Below, one piece after another: positions 9,239 to 18,861 of a stretch of 64,000 bases of DNA. The DNA lies in the NCBI GenBank assembly GCA_964625085.1, contig CAZVAJ010000001.1:46387-110386 (forward strand), read 5' to 3'. The notes beneath the pieces are model-generated. The model did not search any database and was not told where the DNA came from. It saw only the letters and a program-made list of their open reading frames with translations. This DNA is from Candidatus Micrarchaeota archaeon (GTDB lineage: Archaea > B1Sed10-29 > JAJSAI01). A program made the translations under genes and the position numbers. The number at the start of each line of letters is the position of its first letter. The first letter of the stretch is position 1.

Positions 9239-9829
9239 TTACACGTACCTGGCCCTTGATTCCACATCTTTAATCTTCTCACTAACTTTTTTGTCCGCGT
9301 ACCCTCTCAGAACATCCTGCCAAACTTTCTTGAAAACAGGAGGATGAGTGGAGGAGAGTGTTTTCTTAAAAACAAGAAGGTCAGTGGCCTTGTCCTCATC
9401 TTTCTGGCTCTTGAAAGCAAGTCCAAAGTCAATAAAGTAGATCTTTCTTTTCATAAGGATCATGTTAGAAGTGGTTAAGTCCCCGTGTATTATTCCCAAA
9501 TCATGCAAGCGCCTTATACTTCTTCCAATATCCTCCGAAAGTTCAAGGCCCTTATTCTCGTGGAAAAGATCTCTTACCTTCTGCCCCTGAACAAACTCCA
9601 TCAAAAAAGAACATGAAACGGGGTCAACTGAAAGAACATGAGGGGTGTGTACCGCCCTTCTTGCTTCCGAAAGCATTAAACATTCTCTTCGCATGCGCGA
9701 GTACCTTATTCTTGCGTCAAGTTCAGGGTGAATGAACCGTTTCGGAAACCGTCTTTTCTTCACAGCACTTATTCCAAGGTACTCTGTTCTTTCTAGTTCT
9801 GCTTCAGCGCCCTTGTATAAAATGCTCAT
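9239..9829 (-). CDS. bud32: KEOPS kinase Bud32
   Basis: KGAEAEL, K.RFPK..HPELD, IIHGDLTTSN, IDFGL, EDKATDL, RARY. Confidence 0.95.
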   Translation of the reverse strand: MSILYKGAEAELERTEYLGISAVKKRRFPKRFIHPELDARIRYSRMRRECLMLSEARRAVHTPHVLSVDPVSCSFLMEFVQGQKVRDLFHENKGLELSEDIGRSIRRLHDLGIIHGDLTTSNMILMKRKIYFIDFGLAFKSQKDEDKATDLLVFKKTLSSTHPPVFKKVWQDVLRGYADKKVSEKIKDVESRARYV

Positions 9830-9879
9830 AAGAGGATTCGGGCGGAGGAATTATAAAATAGTTTTGAGGAAATAATAAC

Positions 9880-10542
9880 ATGAAGTATAAAGAGTATGTT
9901 AGAATATACCGAACAGTGTCAGAAGAGAATGTTGGAAATGACCCTCTGCTGGCCAACATTCTTGAAAAGAAGGTAGTGCGTGATGTTAAAAGAAGGTATC
10001 ATGTGCTCTTGAAGAACGGCCTTGCTAAGGAATGGGTGGAAGGGAGTACTGTTCGAGAACTTGCGGAGAAATACGAGTTCCCACCATTTCTACTTTCAAA
10101 AATGATCAAAAAACAGGTCGGAATAAACAAAAGGCTGCTGCGCGAAATGACCGAAGCAGAAAAACAGGACAGGTTCTATTCAAAGCGTGCAGCGGAACAG
10201 GCTGCTGAAAATGGGAAGGAAGTGGAAAAGGAGGTTGCAAGATGGCTTTCGGAAAGGGGCGCACAGTTTCTCAGAGGAGACTTCATAGAAGGGCCCCTAC
10301 ATCCTGACATACTTTTCCAGCCACCATTTGAGATAAACGGAAAAAAGATTAACTGGATAGAATGCAAGTACTACTTTGGCTCAAAACAGGATATGGAAAA
10401 GCACTGGAAAGGTCAACTAAAAAAGTACAAGAAGGCATTTGGCCCAGGGGCGATAGTGTACTGGCTTGGTTTTGTCGAAGACAAGGTACCGGACGATGAG
10501 CATCTCGTCCTTTCAGCGGACCTTTTTACACAGAATAATTGA
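9880..10542 (+). CDS. CDIN1/C15orf41 (TPD) family PD-(D/E)XK nuclease-like protein
   Basis: HPDILF..P..ING..INWIECKYYFG and QL..Y...FGPGAIVYWLGF, as recalled from C15orf41; N-terminal HTH-like segment. Confidence 0.8.
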   Translation: MKYKEYVRIYRTVSEENVGNDPLLANILEKKVVRDVKRRYHVLLKNGLAKEWVEGSTVRELAEKYEFPPFLLSKMIKKQVGINKRLLREMTEAEKQDRFYSKRAAEQAAENGKEVEKEVARWLSERGAQFLRGDFIEGPLHPDILFQPPFEINGKKINWIECKYYFGSKQDMEKHWKGQLKKYKKAFGPGAIVYWLGFVEDKVPDDEHLVLSADLFTQNN

Positions 10543-10939
10543 GCACGTTCACCGCAACGTTATACAACACATTCTTTCCAGGTTCTGGGCATATCCCTGT
10601 AATGTTTGTGAGTCTGCTGTTCTGCTGGCCTTTTTCGATCGTCCCAATAACCTCTGTCTTTTTGTTGATAACCTGGCCAGTCGCAGAATCTGCCACAATG
10701 AGGGCAACATAGACATCATGAGCTGTGTCGCCATCATTTGCAATTGTCCACTGGACTCTTAAAGTGCATGCGTCAGGATCATACGCAGGAGGAGGGTTCT
10801 GGTCAACCCACGCAGTAATTTTAGGAGAGGGTTTTGGAGTGATAGATTCCATGATCTGCCCACTGTAGGGGATAATAAGAAAAGCTGCCACGAACAGTAC
10901 AACAATCAAAGAGATGATGACCACAAACCGCATAAGCAT
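10526..10939 (-). CDS. hypothetical membrane-anchored protein with small beta-rich extracellular domain
   Basis: N-terminal hydrophobic helix, Pro-rich linker, Ig-like pattern (TIANDG.TAHDV), two Cys. Confidence 0.7.
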   Translation of the reverse strand: MLMRFVVIISLIVVLFVAAFLIIPYSGQIMESITPKPSPKITAWVDQNPPPAYDPDACTLRVQWTIANDGDTAHDVYVALIVADSATGQVINKKTEVIGTIEKGQQNSRLTNITGICPEPGKNVLYNVAVNVLNYSV

Positions 10940-10967
10940 ACTAACTGATTGGGGGTATAAAAATATT

Positions 10968-11681
10968 TCAGAAAGGAGGAATGACCATCATACCATTGCC
11001 TGTGATATCAACAGGGAAAGGTTGCTTGGGAACGTCTGTTGCCACCATCTTTTCAAAATACAGCTGAGTTATCCTTTGTCCTTTTTCTTCTGCTCTTGAT
11101 AATCTAAGCACTCCGTCAAATACAAAGTCTTCTTCTTCAAAAAAGGAAATCCCATCAGGCCTTGTTTCTGAAATAAAGAGGGTAGTGCAGCCTTTTTCTT
11201 TAAGTGATTTTGATAAGGAGTGTAGCATGTTTCGATACTCTCCTTTTTCGTTGAAGTAGAATCCCAAAGGGGTCACTGAATCAAACGCGATCCTCTTCAC
11301 GTTCATCTCGTCTATTATCTTGTACAACTGGAGCACCACTTCTGAATGAAGGTTACGGGCCTCAAACTTGGAAAAGTCCTGAGAAGAGAAAACAGTGAAA
11401 ATAAGCCTGTTCTGTGCAGATATTGTTGAAAAATCCCAGTTGAATGCCGCTTGGTACCATTCTATGTCACTTGGGTAACCGTGAACCTGCACAAGAAGAC
11501 CGTTTTCATCATATTCTTCAACACCCTTGTACAAATACTGTAGTGCAGCGATCGTTTTCCCAGTACCGCTAGGGCCTTTTAGGAGGATTGAACTGCCTTT
11601 TATTATTCCTCCTTCAGTTATCTCATCAAACCCAGGTATCCCACTCTTGATCCGATCCAATTTACACAAGCCTCCTGACAA
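10968..11681 (-). CDS. single-domain KaiC/RAD55-family ATPase
   Basis: RIKSGIPGFD..GG, GPSGTGKT, RIAFDS, TTLFISE, FDGVLRL, KM. Confidence 0.9.
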   Translation of the reverse strand: MSGGLCKLDRIKSGIPGFDEITEGGIIKGSSILLKGPSGTGKTIAALQYLYKGVEEYDENGLLVQVHGYPSDIEWYQAAFNWDFSTISAQNRLIFTVFSSQDFSKFEARNLHSEVVLQLYKIIDEMNVKRIAFDSVTPLGFYFNEKGEYRNMLHSLSKSLKEKGCTTLFISETRPDGISFFEEEDFVFDGVLRLSRAEEKGQRITQLYFEKMVATDVPKQPFPVDITGNGMMVIPPF

Positions 11682-13200
11682 ACTCCGCGTATGCAGGTCT
11701 TGCTATGAACACTCCAATAAGTGACCCGAGTATGGTGGTTAGTGCAAAACCTTTTAACACGCCAAGACCAAGCGTGAACAGCGGGAACATTGCGATTATC
11801 GTGGTGAAAGCAGCCATCATTATGATGTTCACCGCTTTCTTTATCCTAGAAGCGATTCCTGCTCTCTTTTCTTTTGACGCACCTTTGACTGCTTCGTCTG
11901 TTATGATTATCAGGTGGTCCACTCCTGTTCCTACTGCTGCTATAATACCGGCCACTGCTGGAAGGTCAAGCTGCCAGCCTATCCAAGCAGCCATTCCAAG
12001 AATCATCACAGCCTCTGAAACGCTTATCATGAGCATTGGCCCCACTATTTTTGGTTTCTTGTACCTGAAGAATATCACCATGCCCACGGCAAGTATTGCA
12101 GCCAGTCCTGCAACTCCTGAGTAGTACAGGAATTCCTTGCCAAGAGATGCTGAAACTGAGGAAACACCTGAAACCTGCACTGACACAGGAAGCTTTCCTG
12201 AATCAAGGATTATTCTCGTCCGGTCTCTTTCTGCAATTGCCTCCTCTTCATTTGAGGCCCCACCGGTTATCCTGAGATCGTACTGAACTTCTCCTGAGGT
12301 TACTGCACTTGTTAGGCGCACAATACTCTGCAGGTTTATAGCCCCCGGAATAAAGTAGTTACCTGTTTGCGGTTTTACCTGCACTTCAGATGCGCTTGAG
12401 TTGAGAAGTGAGATGTATTCTTCTAGAGGACTTCCTTCTTTGAGGATGACCGTCTTGTTCTTAACCTGATCTAAGACCTGCTGGTCCACCGTGCCAGTGA
12501 CTATAAGACCAATATCAGAATCCTGCAAGAGCTCTTCAAGAGGAATCTTGCTGTTTGAAGGCGATTCCTGATTAAATTGTTCAGGGATCTCTTTTTCAGC
12601 TTCATACTCTGTGGGGGTTAGTAGGATTACCGCGTTCTGCGGTCTGTCAATGAACATGTATGTTCTTTCCATGCACTGGGAACCGCTAGGATCGGAGGGG
12701 TCTAAGGTGCACTTGCCTGCAACCATGTTCGCGAACTGTTTGGCTGCTGAAGTGCTCATGGTGAACGGAACGCTCCACATATATCCTGTGCCTGCTCTGC
12801 TGACTGTGTATCCCCTAGTAGGATCAGACACGACACCAATAATTCCATCAGAACCTAGCAGGACCTTGCCCTCAAACATTGCCTCGAACCTGCCCTGTTC
12901 CCCGATTATTTTTTGTATAGCTGCCACTACTTTCGGGTCTGTTTCAGCCACCTCAACCATGATAAAGTCCGGGCCTCCTGGCCGTACTTTCATGTCCTTT
13001 AGCCCGAAACTGTTAAGCCTGTCCTGTAGAACTCTTACAAGAACCTCTTTTTCAGGACCCTCGACTGGTTCGGAGAGTTGTATGTTTATTATTGTTCCAC
13101 CTGTAAAGTCCATTCCAAACTGAAGGGGCTTTATCGCGAATGGCAGAAGCCCTATGACTATAAAAGATATCACGTACAACTTTGTTCTGATGTTTTTCAC
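11662..13200 (-). CDS. secD: protein translocase subunit SecD
   Basis: FGMDFTGGT, RLNSFGL, SGKLPV, SASLG, GTGVD.LIIITDE, LKGFALT. Confidence 0.93.
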   Translation of the reverse strand: MKNIRTKLYVISFIVIGLLPFAIKPLQFGMDFTGGTIINIQLSEPVEGPEKEVLVRVLQDRLNSFGLKDMKVRPGGPDFIMVEVAETDPKVVAAIQKIIGEQGRFEAMFEGKVLLGSDGIIGVVSDPTRGYTVSRAGTGYMWSVPFTMSTSAAKQFANMVAGKCTLDPSDPSGSQCMERTYMFIDRPQNAVILLTPTEYEAEKEIPEQFNQESPSNSKIPLEELLQDSDIGLIVTGTVDQQVLDQVKNKTVILKEGSPLEEYISLLNSSASEVQVKPQTGNYFIPGAINLQSIVRLTSAVTSGEVQYDLRITGGASNEEEAIAERDRTRIILDSGKLPVSVQVSGVSSVSASLGKEFLYYSGVAGLAAILAVGMVIFFRYKKPKIVGPMLMISVSEAVMILGMAAWIGWQLDLPAVAGIIAAVGTGVDHLIIITDEAVKGASKEKRAGIASRIKKAVNIIMMAAFTTIIAMFPLFTLGLGVLKGFALTTILGSLIGVFIARPAYAEFVRRLV

Positions 13201-14165
13201 TTCTTACGCCTCCTTGATATCCAAAGTAGTATTGATGCATTAGTGCACCAGGTTGAAACAAGATCTCCTAGAAGTCCGACGAACAGGATCATTGCAATCA
13301 TTGCAAGAGTTTCAACACCCCCAAAAGACGCGGCAGCATAAAGGGCCACCAAAGCAGCGAGTGTTGTTCCAGTCATCGTGAACCCGGTTCTCATCGCAGA
13401 CTTTATTCTGTTTTCAGGAGAACCTTCTTTTCTTGAAAGCACGCGCTCACTCAACATGATGTCCGTGTCAACAGAGTACCCTATAAGCATTAACAAGGGC
13501 GCAACAGCAGCCAGACTGAGTGGTATTTTCATCATGCCGATAAAGCCCAGGCCAACGATCACGTCAAAAACTGCTGCCTGGATAACCGCAAATGACACCA
13601 ACACTTTCCTGAAAAACACGAACACTAAAATGCTCATGAGGATGAACGAGAATATTAGGGCGTTCTGCATCTGAGACAGAAAAACAGCCCCCAAAGACGG
13701 TCCAACTTCACGAGAGGAAATGTCCTTTGAAGAAACATGATACGTTTCGGTGATGAAAGAAGAAAGCGAGGACTTGAACTCAGTTTTTTTCTCGTTATAT
13801 ACCTTAAACGCAAGTTCTGATAGGTTGCCTTCTGCAGGAACAGGCTCGCCCAGCGTGGAAAAAACTGCCTGATAGTCTCCTGACTTATACGCTTCTTCTG
13901 CGGCCACAAGGGTTCTCTCGCCCTTAAATTCTATTATGATTCCTGAAATAGCTCCTGAAGAAGACCTGGCTTTCAGCTCTTCAAGATCAAACCTACTGGA
14001 GAGGTCTTCTTTTACCTGCACAGGACTAACGTTGGTGGGAAAAGAAATTACAGTTCCTCCTGTAAATTCTATTCCTGGCTCTATCTGGGTAGCAAAAAAC
14101 AGGAAAATGACAGCAATAATCACCGGAGGTATAAACAACATTTTGTAATTCTTCTCAGAGTACAT
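13197..14165 (-). CDS. secF: protein translocase subunit SecF
   Basis: GIEFTGGT, VGPSLG, LMLIGYSVDTDI, TGFTMTGTT, TWCTNA; ATG at 14165 preferred. Confidence 0.93.
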   Translation of the reverse strand: MYSEKNYKMLFIPPVIIAVIFLFFATQIEPGIEFTGGTVISFPTNVSPVQVKEDLSSRFDLEELKARSSSGAISGIIIEFKGERTLVAAEEAYKSGDYQAVFSTLGEPVPAEGNLSELAFKVYNEKKTEFKSSLSSFITETYHVSSKDISSREVGPSLGAVFLSQMQNALIFSFILMSILVFVFFRKVLVSFAVIQAAVFDVIVGLGFIGMMKIPLSLAAVAPLLMLIGYSVDTDIMLSERVLSRKEGSPENRIKSAMRTGFTMTGTTLAALVALYAAASFGGVETLAMIAMILFVGLLGDLVSTWCTNASILLWISRRRKK

Positions 14166-14244
14166 GCTCAAGAACAATCCCCTCTTTTTCCAGCATAGTG
14201 TATAAAACAACACGGTTAATAAAGCTTGTGTAGAAAAAAGGGTT

Positions 14245-14970
14245 ATGAGATTCGTGTTGTACGATCAAACAGGACGCAAATACCCTGTCAAAAAAGACGC
14301 TGTGAGAACCAAGTTCGGGAATGTGAAAGTTGACAAAGAGGGAGTAATAGAACAGGATGGCAAGGTGTTCTTTGCAGCAAGAGCAAACCTGCTGGAAGAA
14401 GTTGAAGGGTTCAAGATGGGTGGAAGGCCCATATACCCCTATGATTCTGGGGTGATACTCGCCCTGCTGGGCGTGAGAAAAGGGACAAAGCTTCTTGAAG
14501 CAGGAACCGGGTCAGGTGGCCTGGCTTACACCGCATGGTGCTGGGGCGCCAATGTTATCTCTTACGAGCGTGAAGAAACTTTTTACCAAAAAGCAAAAGA
14601 GAACCTCAGTAACACGGACGTTGAAATTATCTTAGGGGACGTTAAAGACTGCGTAAAAAAAGGGTACTTTGACGTGGTAATGCTAGACTTATCAGACCCT
14701 GAGGAGGTAATTCCAAAGGTTTCAGAATGTCTTAAGAACGGAGGAATGCTGGGTTATTTTTCTCCGGTGATAACAGAAAACGTGAAAAATGTGATGGAAG
14801 ATTCTGGTTTTATTGACATCAGGGGAATAGTGTTAGACCACCGGGTCCTCCGGTTGAAGAAGCACATTGGAATAGAAAAAGAGAGCTTGGGTTATCCTGG
14901 CTTCTTCGTGTTCGGGAGAAAGGCAGAATGCTTCAAGGTCCTAAGAAAACATAAAAAGTTGTTTAGCTAA
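14245..14970 (+). CDS. trmI: tRNA (adenine57/58-N1)-methyltransferase
   Basis: IYPYDSG, LEAGTGSGGL, SYER, MLDL.DP. Confidence 0.85.
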   Translation: MRFVLYDQTGRKYPVKKDAVRTKFGNVKVDKEGVIEQDGKVFFAARANLLEEVEGFKMGGRPIYPYDSGVILALLGVRKGTKLLEAGTGSGGLAYTAWCWGANVISYEREETFYQKAKENLSNTDVEIILGDVKDCVKKGYFDVVMLDLSDPEEVIPKVSECLKNGGMLGYFSPVITENVKNVMEDSGFIDIRGIVLDHRVLRLKKHIGIEKESLGYPGFFVFGRKAECFKVLRKHKKLFS

Positions 14971-16663
14971 TATGCCATTTTAGGTCTACAGCAGGCCCCC
15001 TACTAAACGAAAGCATTTCTTTGGCATTCAACAGCGCGGTTCCAGATGCAAGCAGAGCATTTTCAGGGTCCGTGACCAAAACCTGTTGACCAGGCAGGAT
15101 ATTCTTGTCAGCAGAAGAAACAAACTTTGCAAAAACAGTACCCCCTTCTCTTGCTGCTTCAATTGCGTTAGGGTCTGCCAGTACAACCCTGTTTTCAGGG
15201 GGATTGGTAATTTTGTGAAGCGCACGCGCCCCTTCATGTAGTATAATGTAAAAGTCACTTGCCCTGAAAGTGGCCAAAAGCCTGCCAGGCTTTGAATACA
15301 CTGCTCTGATTCGGTTTGTCTTACGAGAAACATCTACTCGTATCTTGTCAGGAAATATGTCTACCCCCAGCCAGTAAACGCTTGCAGCCCTCACCTTATT
15401 CTCCTTCTTAACCTTTTCAGGACAGGAAACCTCAAAATCCTTTTGGAACACTGTCTGAGAAAAAGGATAGCAGTCAAGCACTTCAAACGGAACTTTGCCG
15501 TACAAGGGGATGTCCATAGTGCGAGAAGCAAGTTCTTTTTGCACTACCCTGGCGTGTTTTCTCGCCCGCCGGATGTCAGGTCTGAGCTTGGTGAACTCGC
15601 TGAGCTCAAGGACTCTTCTTTTCGGGAACCAGTCAACAGAATCAAGATACTTCTTTTCCTTAAGCAGTTCGGAAAATGCAGGAACCAGCTTTGGGTGCGC
15701 CCGAACCCTCTCTTCTATGAGCTCGAACAATGAGTTGTCCCTTATCGCCTGCCGGACTGTTCTTATTTCCTTGAAGGTAGCGTGCAGGTTGTGTCTTGCA
15801 AGCAGCCCTTTGTCTTCTGAAAGGTCTTTGGGTGCAGAAGCAGAACAAACTGGACAAGAGCACGGAAGTTCAGTTAGCTTGCTCACTTCAAAAGTACCGT
15901 GTTCTGTAAGGTACCTTCCGTCCCTCGCGTACAAGGCATATGCTGCAGAATCAAACAGATCAGCCCCTGCAGCAGCAAGCAGTGCAAAGAACATCGGATG
16001 ACCTGCGCCAAAAGCATGGATCAGGCGGTCAGGCGGCGTGTTTTTCCTAACATTGACAACAGATTGAACAACGGTCCTGAAATCATACTCTATCATTCTC
16101 GGGACAATAGACCCAACAGGATGTACTGCAAAGTTATACCCTGCCATTGCTTTAGCGCATTTTTTCTGCAGTTCAGGGAAACCCGTACCTTGAACAGGGC
16201 CCGCCCACAACACGCCTTCTGGCAGTACAGCTTCTTCAGCAGCTTGTATTGTTTCAGCAACAGCTGTTTTGACATCCTCCAAGTCCCTGCTGGCAGTGGG
16301 ATGATCTAGTATAACTCCTATGTCAACGCCTATATCGTGCTGGAAATCTATTATGTCCTGGTTGGATACTGATATGTTCCCGTACTCCATGAACTGGTAA
16401 GCGCCAGAATCAGTCATTATAGGACCATGAAAGTCTAGCAGGTTATGAACCCCTTTGGACACAGCCTCCTCAGGAAAGCTCTTCCATATTATGTACGAGT
16501 TTGTTATAATCGCCTGCCCGCCCATACCCTTTATCTCTTCAATTGGAACAGTTACCTTGTTAGGGTTTATCACTGGAAGAACAGCAGGAGTAGTGATAGT
16601 GCCATGTTTTGTGCTAAACTTTCCGACCCTCGCTAGGAGATCCCTTGCTTTTATCTCAAACAT
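14963..16663 (-). CDS. tgtA: archaeosine tRNA-guanine(15) transglycosylase
   Basis: TPAVLPVINP, ITNSYI, MTDSGAYQ, HAFGAGHP, FDSAAY, CSCPVC/H zinc site, C-terminal PUA domain. Confidence 0.96.
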   Translation of the reverse strand: MFEIKARDLLARVGKFSTKHGTITTPAVLPVINPNKVTVPIEEIKGMGGQAIITNSYIIWKSFPEEAVSKGVHNLLDFHGPIMTDSGAYQFMEYGNISVSNQDIIDFQHDIGVDIGVILDHPTASRDLEDVKTAVAETIQAAEEAVLPEGVLWAGPVQGTGFPELQKKCAKAMAGYNFAVHPVGSIVPRMIEYDFRTVVQSVVNVRKNTPPDRLIHAFGAGHPMFFALLAAAGADLFDSAAYALYARDGRYLTEHGTFEVSKLTELPCSCPVCSASAPKDLSEDKGLLARHNLHATFKEIRTVRQAIRDNSLFELIEERVRAHPKLVPAFSELLKEKKYLDSVDWFPKRRVLELSEFTKLRPDIRRARKHARVVQKELASRTMDIPLYGKVPFEVLDCYPFSQTVFQKDFEVSCPEKVKKENKVRAASVYWLGVDIFPDKIRVDVSRKTNRIRAVYSKPGRLLATFRASDFYIILHEGARALHKITNPPENRVVLADPNAIEAAREGGTVFAKFVSSADKNILPGQQVLVTDPENALLASGTALLNAKEMLSFSRGPAVDLKWHIS

Positions 16664-16696
16664 GAATTAGAATAAGCTCAAGTCCTAATAAAGGAT

Positions 16697-17434
16697 TCAC
16701 TTTGAAGCAGCATACTTCTTCCGCAATTTCTCTTTTGCCCTTTCTTTAGCAGTCTTAGCAGGTTTCTTTTCCTTAACCTTCTTAACCGGCTCTTGAACTT
16801 TAGGTTTGCTGACAACAGGATGCTTGACTTTAACTGTCTCAGGAGGCGTTCTAGGCATTCTCTTGAACGCAAGAAGCAAGAATAACGCAATAATGGAAAT
16901 GCTTGCAGCCCCAACAAAGTAATATGAAAGATCCGTGTTTTCTGCTTCAGGGCGCACGATATCCTCCCCGCTTAGTTCTTGCTGGGGTGAATTGCCCAAG
17001 TTTAGAATAAGCTGTTTTACCCTGTCAGCATTAGAGTACTCTTTAGCCTGCATGTATTCTATGATAGACAGGTTATAGTATTCCCTGGCAGCCTCAATAT
17101 TCCCCTGCCCAAGGTACACCTCTGCTATCTTTTCGTATGCCCTTGCCTTTGTAGGATAATCTCCTTTTTCAGAAAGTTTTGGGAGAGAATTCTTAAAATA
17201 GTATAACGCCTTTTCATAGTACTGGGAAGGGTCAGCATCGCTTGCCTTAACACAAACTGCAGTAGTAAGATAACTTTCCCCAGCTTCAAAACAGTGGTAC
17301 ACGTTGGGCTTGCCAAGGTCCAGTTGGTTAAAGTCGCAGACTCCTGCTTTCTCTTGTGCTTCAGCGTAGTAATCTGAGCACTGGCTGAATACGGCTGGTG
17401 CTAGTACCAGTAGCATTAGCAGGGCCTTTTTCAT
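16697..17434 (-). CDS. exported TPR-like protein with C-terminal TM and Lys-rich tail
   Basis: Signal peptide MKKALLMLLVLAPAVFS; TPR-like AYEKIAEVYLGQGNIEAAREYY; TM near residue 170-190. Confidence 0.75.
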   Translation of the reverse strand: MKKALLMLLVLAPAVFSQCSDYYAEAQEKAGVCDFNQLDLGKPNVYHCFEAGESYLTTAVCVKASDADPSQYYEKALYYFKNSLPKLSEKGDYPTKARAYEKIAEVYLGQGNIEAAREYYNLSIIEYMQAKEYSNADRVKQLILNLGNSPQQELSGEDIVRPEAENTDLSYYFVGAASISIIALFLLLAFKRMPRTPPETVKVKHPVVSKPKVQEPVKKVKEKKPAKTAKERAKEKLRKKYAASK

Positions 17435-17493
17435 ACTCTAAGAAAGGAAAAAGGAGTATTTATTACTTGCCTGATGAATAAGTAGGAAGAAAA

Positions 17494-18402
17494 ATGGACC
17501 ACAAAGAACTGCTTGAAAAAGCGATGAAAAAGGCAAGGCAAGAAGCGGGAAGAAAGAAAGATAAAAAGGACGCAGACGTGGCTAGGATCGACACGTTTAC
17601 TGCAGTGGTGCTTAGCAAGCTGGAGCTCCTGTTGAAAAAAAGCAGGAAACCCCTGAACGCGTTCGAGAAAGAAATCATGTCCACAATGGTTGACCTGCCA
17701 AAGCTAAAGCAGGACAGGGCCAGGACAAAAGAATCAATAAAAATAATTCGAAGACTACACGACGAGTATAAGATGAAAGTAAAGTATTCCAGAAACTTCA
17801 GAGAATCAGGAGAATACAGAAAAGAATACTACGGAAGGATCAAAAGCATTTTGAAAAAAATTGACTTTAACGAAATGGAAAAGTTCAACGCCCTGCTCAA
17901 AAAGATACCTCGCGTAAAAGACAGGCCCACAATAATAATCTGCGGCCCCCCTAACGTTGGCAAATCAGAATTCTTGAAAAGTCTTTCGGGAAAAGAGGTT
18001 GAAGTACAACCATACCCTTTCACAACAAAAAACCTGCTAATCGCCAACTATGAAAAAGACCACATAAAGTACCAGTGGATAGATACCCCTGGCCTGCTTG
18101 ACAGGCCTGCAAAAAAACGTAACAAGATAGAAAAAAGAGCAGTTGCCGCGATAGCTCACCTGTCTAAAAAACTATTGTTCTTATTGGATCCAAGCGAATA
18201 CTGTGGAACCAAGCTCGAAAACCAGCTTCAGCTGGCTGAGAGTATAAGGGAAGAACTAAAGCCAGAAAAAATGATCCTGGTTGCCACTCACGCGGACGTG
18301 ACAAAGAAAAAAGTGAAAGGCGTGATCGCCCACGTGAACGCAAAAAAACCAGAACAAGTGCGGGAAGTAGCAGACAAGGTAATCAAAGAACTGTTCAAGT
18401 AA
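17494..18402 (+). CDS. Nog1-family GTPase
   Basis: GPPNVGKS, PYPFTTK, IDTPGLLDRP, RNKIE, LLDPSEYCG. Confidence 0.93.
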   Translation: MDHKELLEKAMKKARQEAGRKKDKKDADVARIDTFTAVVLSKLELLLKKSRKPLNAFEKEIMSTMVDLPKLKQDRARTKESIKIIRRLHDEYKMKVKYSRNFRESGEYRKEYYGRIKSILKKIDFNEMEKFNALLKKIPRVKDRPTIIICGPPNVGKSEFLKSLSGKEVEVQPYPFTTKNLLIANYEKDHIKYQWIDTPGLLDRPAKKRNKIEKRAVAAIAHLSKKLLFLLDPSEYCGTKLENQLQLAESIREELKPEKMILVATHADVTKKKVKGVIAHVNAKKPEQVREVADKVIKELFK

Positions 18403-18469
18403 GGCTTTTAAACGTGACCATCCTAAGGTAAAAAGCCGGGCAGCTTATTCTTGCCGGAGGTGAAAGACC

Positions 18470-18751
18470 ATGACAGACCTGAAAGAAAAAATAAACCAAA
18501 TAATCCTCCTGATGGACCCGATAATAGAGGATAATGGAGTTCCAAGAAACATCAAAAGAATCATTAGCGAGAGTAAAGAAAACCTGCTGTCAGCATCTGA
18601 CAAAGGAACCGAAGAGATGGAAATGAAAATCGCAGGAGCAGTTTACTCCCTTGAAGAAATCTCTAACGACATAAACATGCCATTTCACATAAGAACAGAA
18701 ATCTGGAACCTGATCTCAGAACTTGAAAAACTGAAAGAAGAACTGAAATAA
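18470..18751 (+). CDS. UPF0147 family protein
   Basis: IIED..VPRNI.R, LEEISNDINMP.H.RT.IWN; GGAGGTGA SD upstream. Confidence 0.9.
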   Translation: MTDLKEKINQIILLMDPIIEDNGVPRNIKRIISESKENLLSASDKGTEEMEMKIAGAVYSLEEISNDINMPFHIRTEIWNLISELEKLKEELK

Positions 18752-18861
18752 CAACCTTTTTTTACGGGGAAACGTCTAGATTACCTTGGTGTAAAAAAAA
18801 TGAGTGGGCGCCGTTATATGCAAACCGGACACGCGCGTAATACTCAGAAACATTTTCGAGC

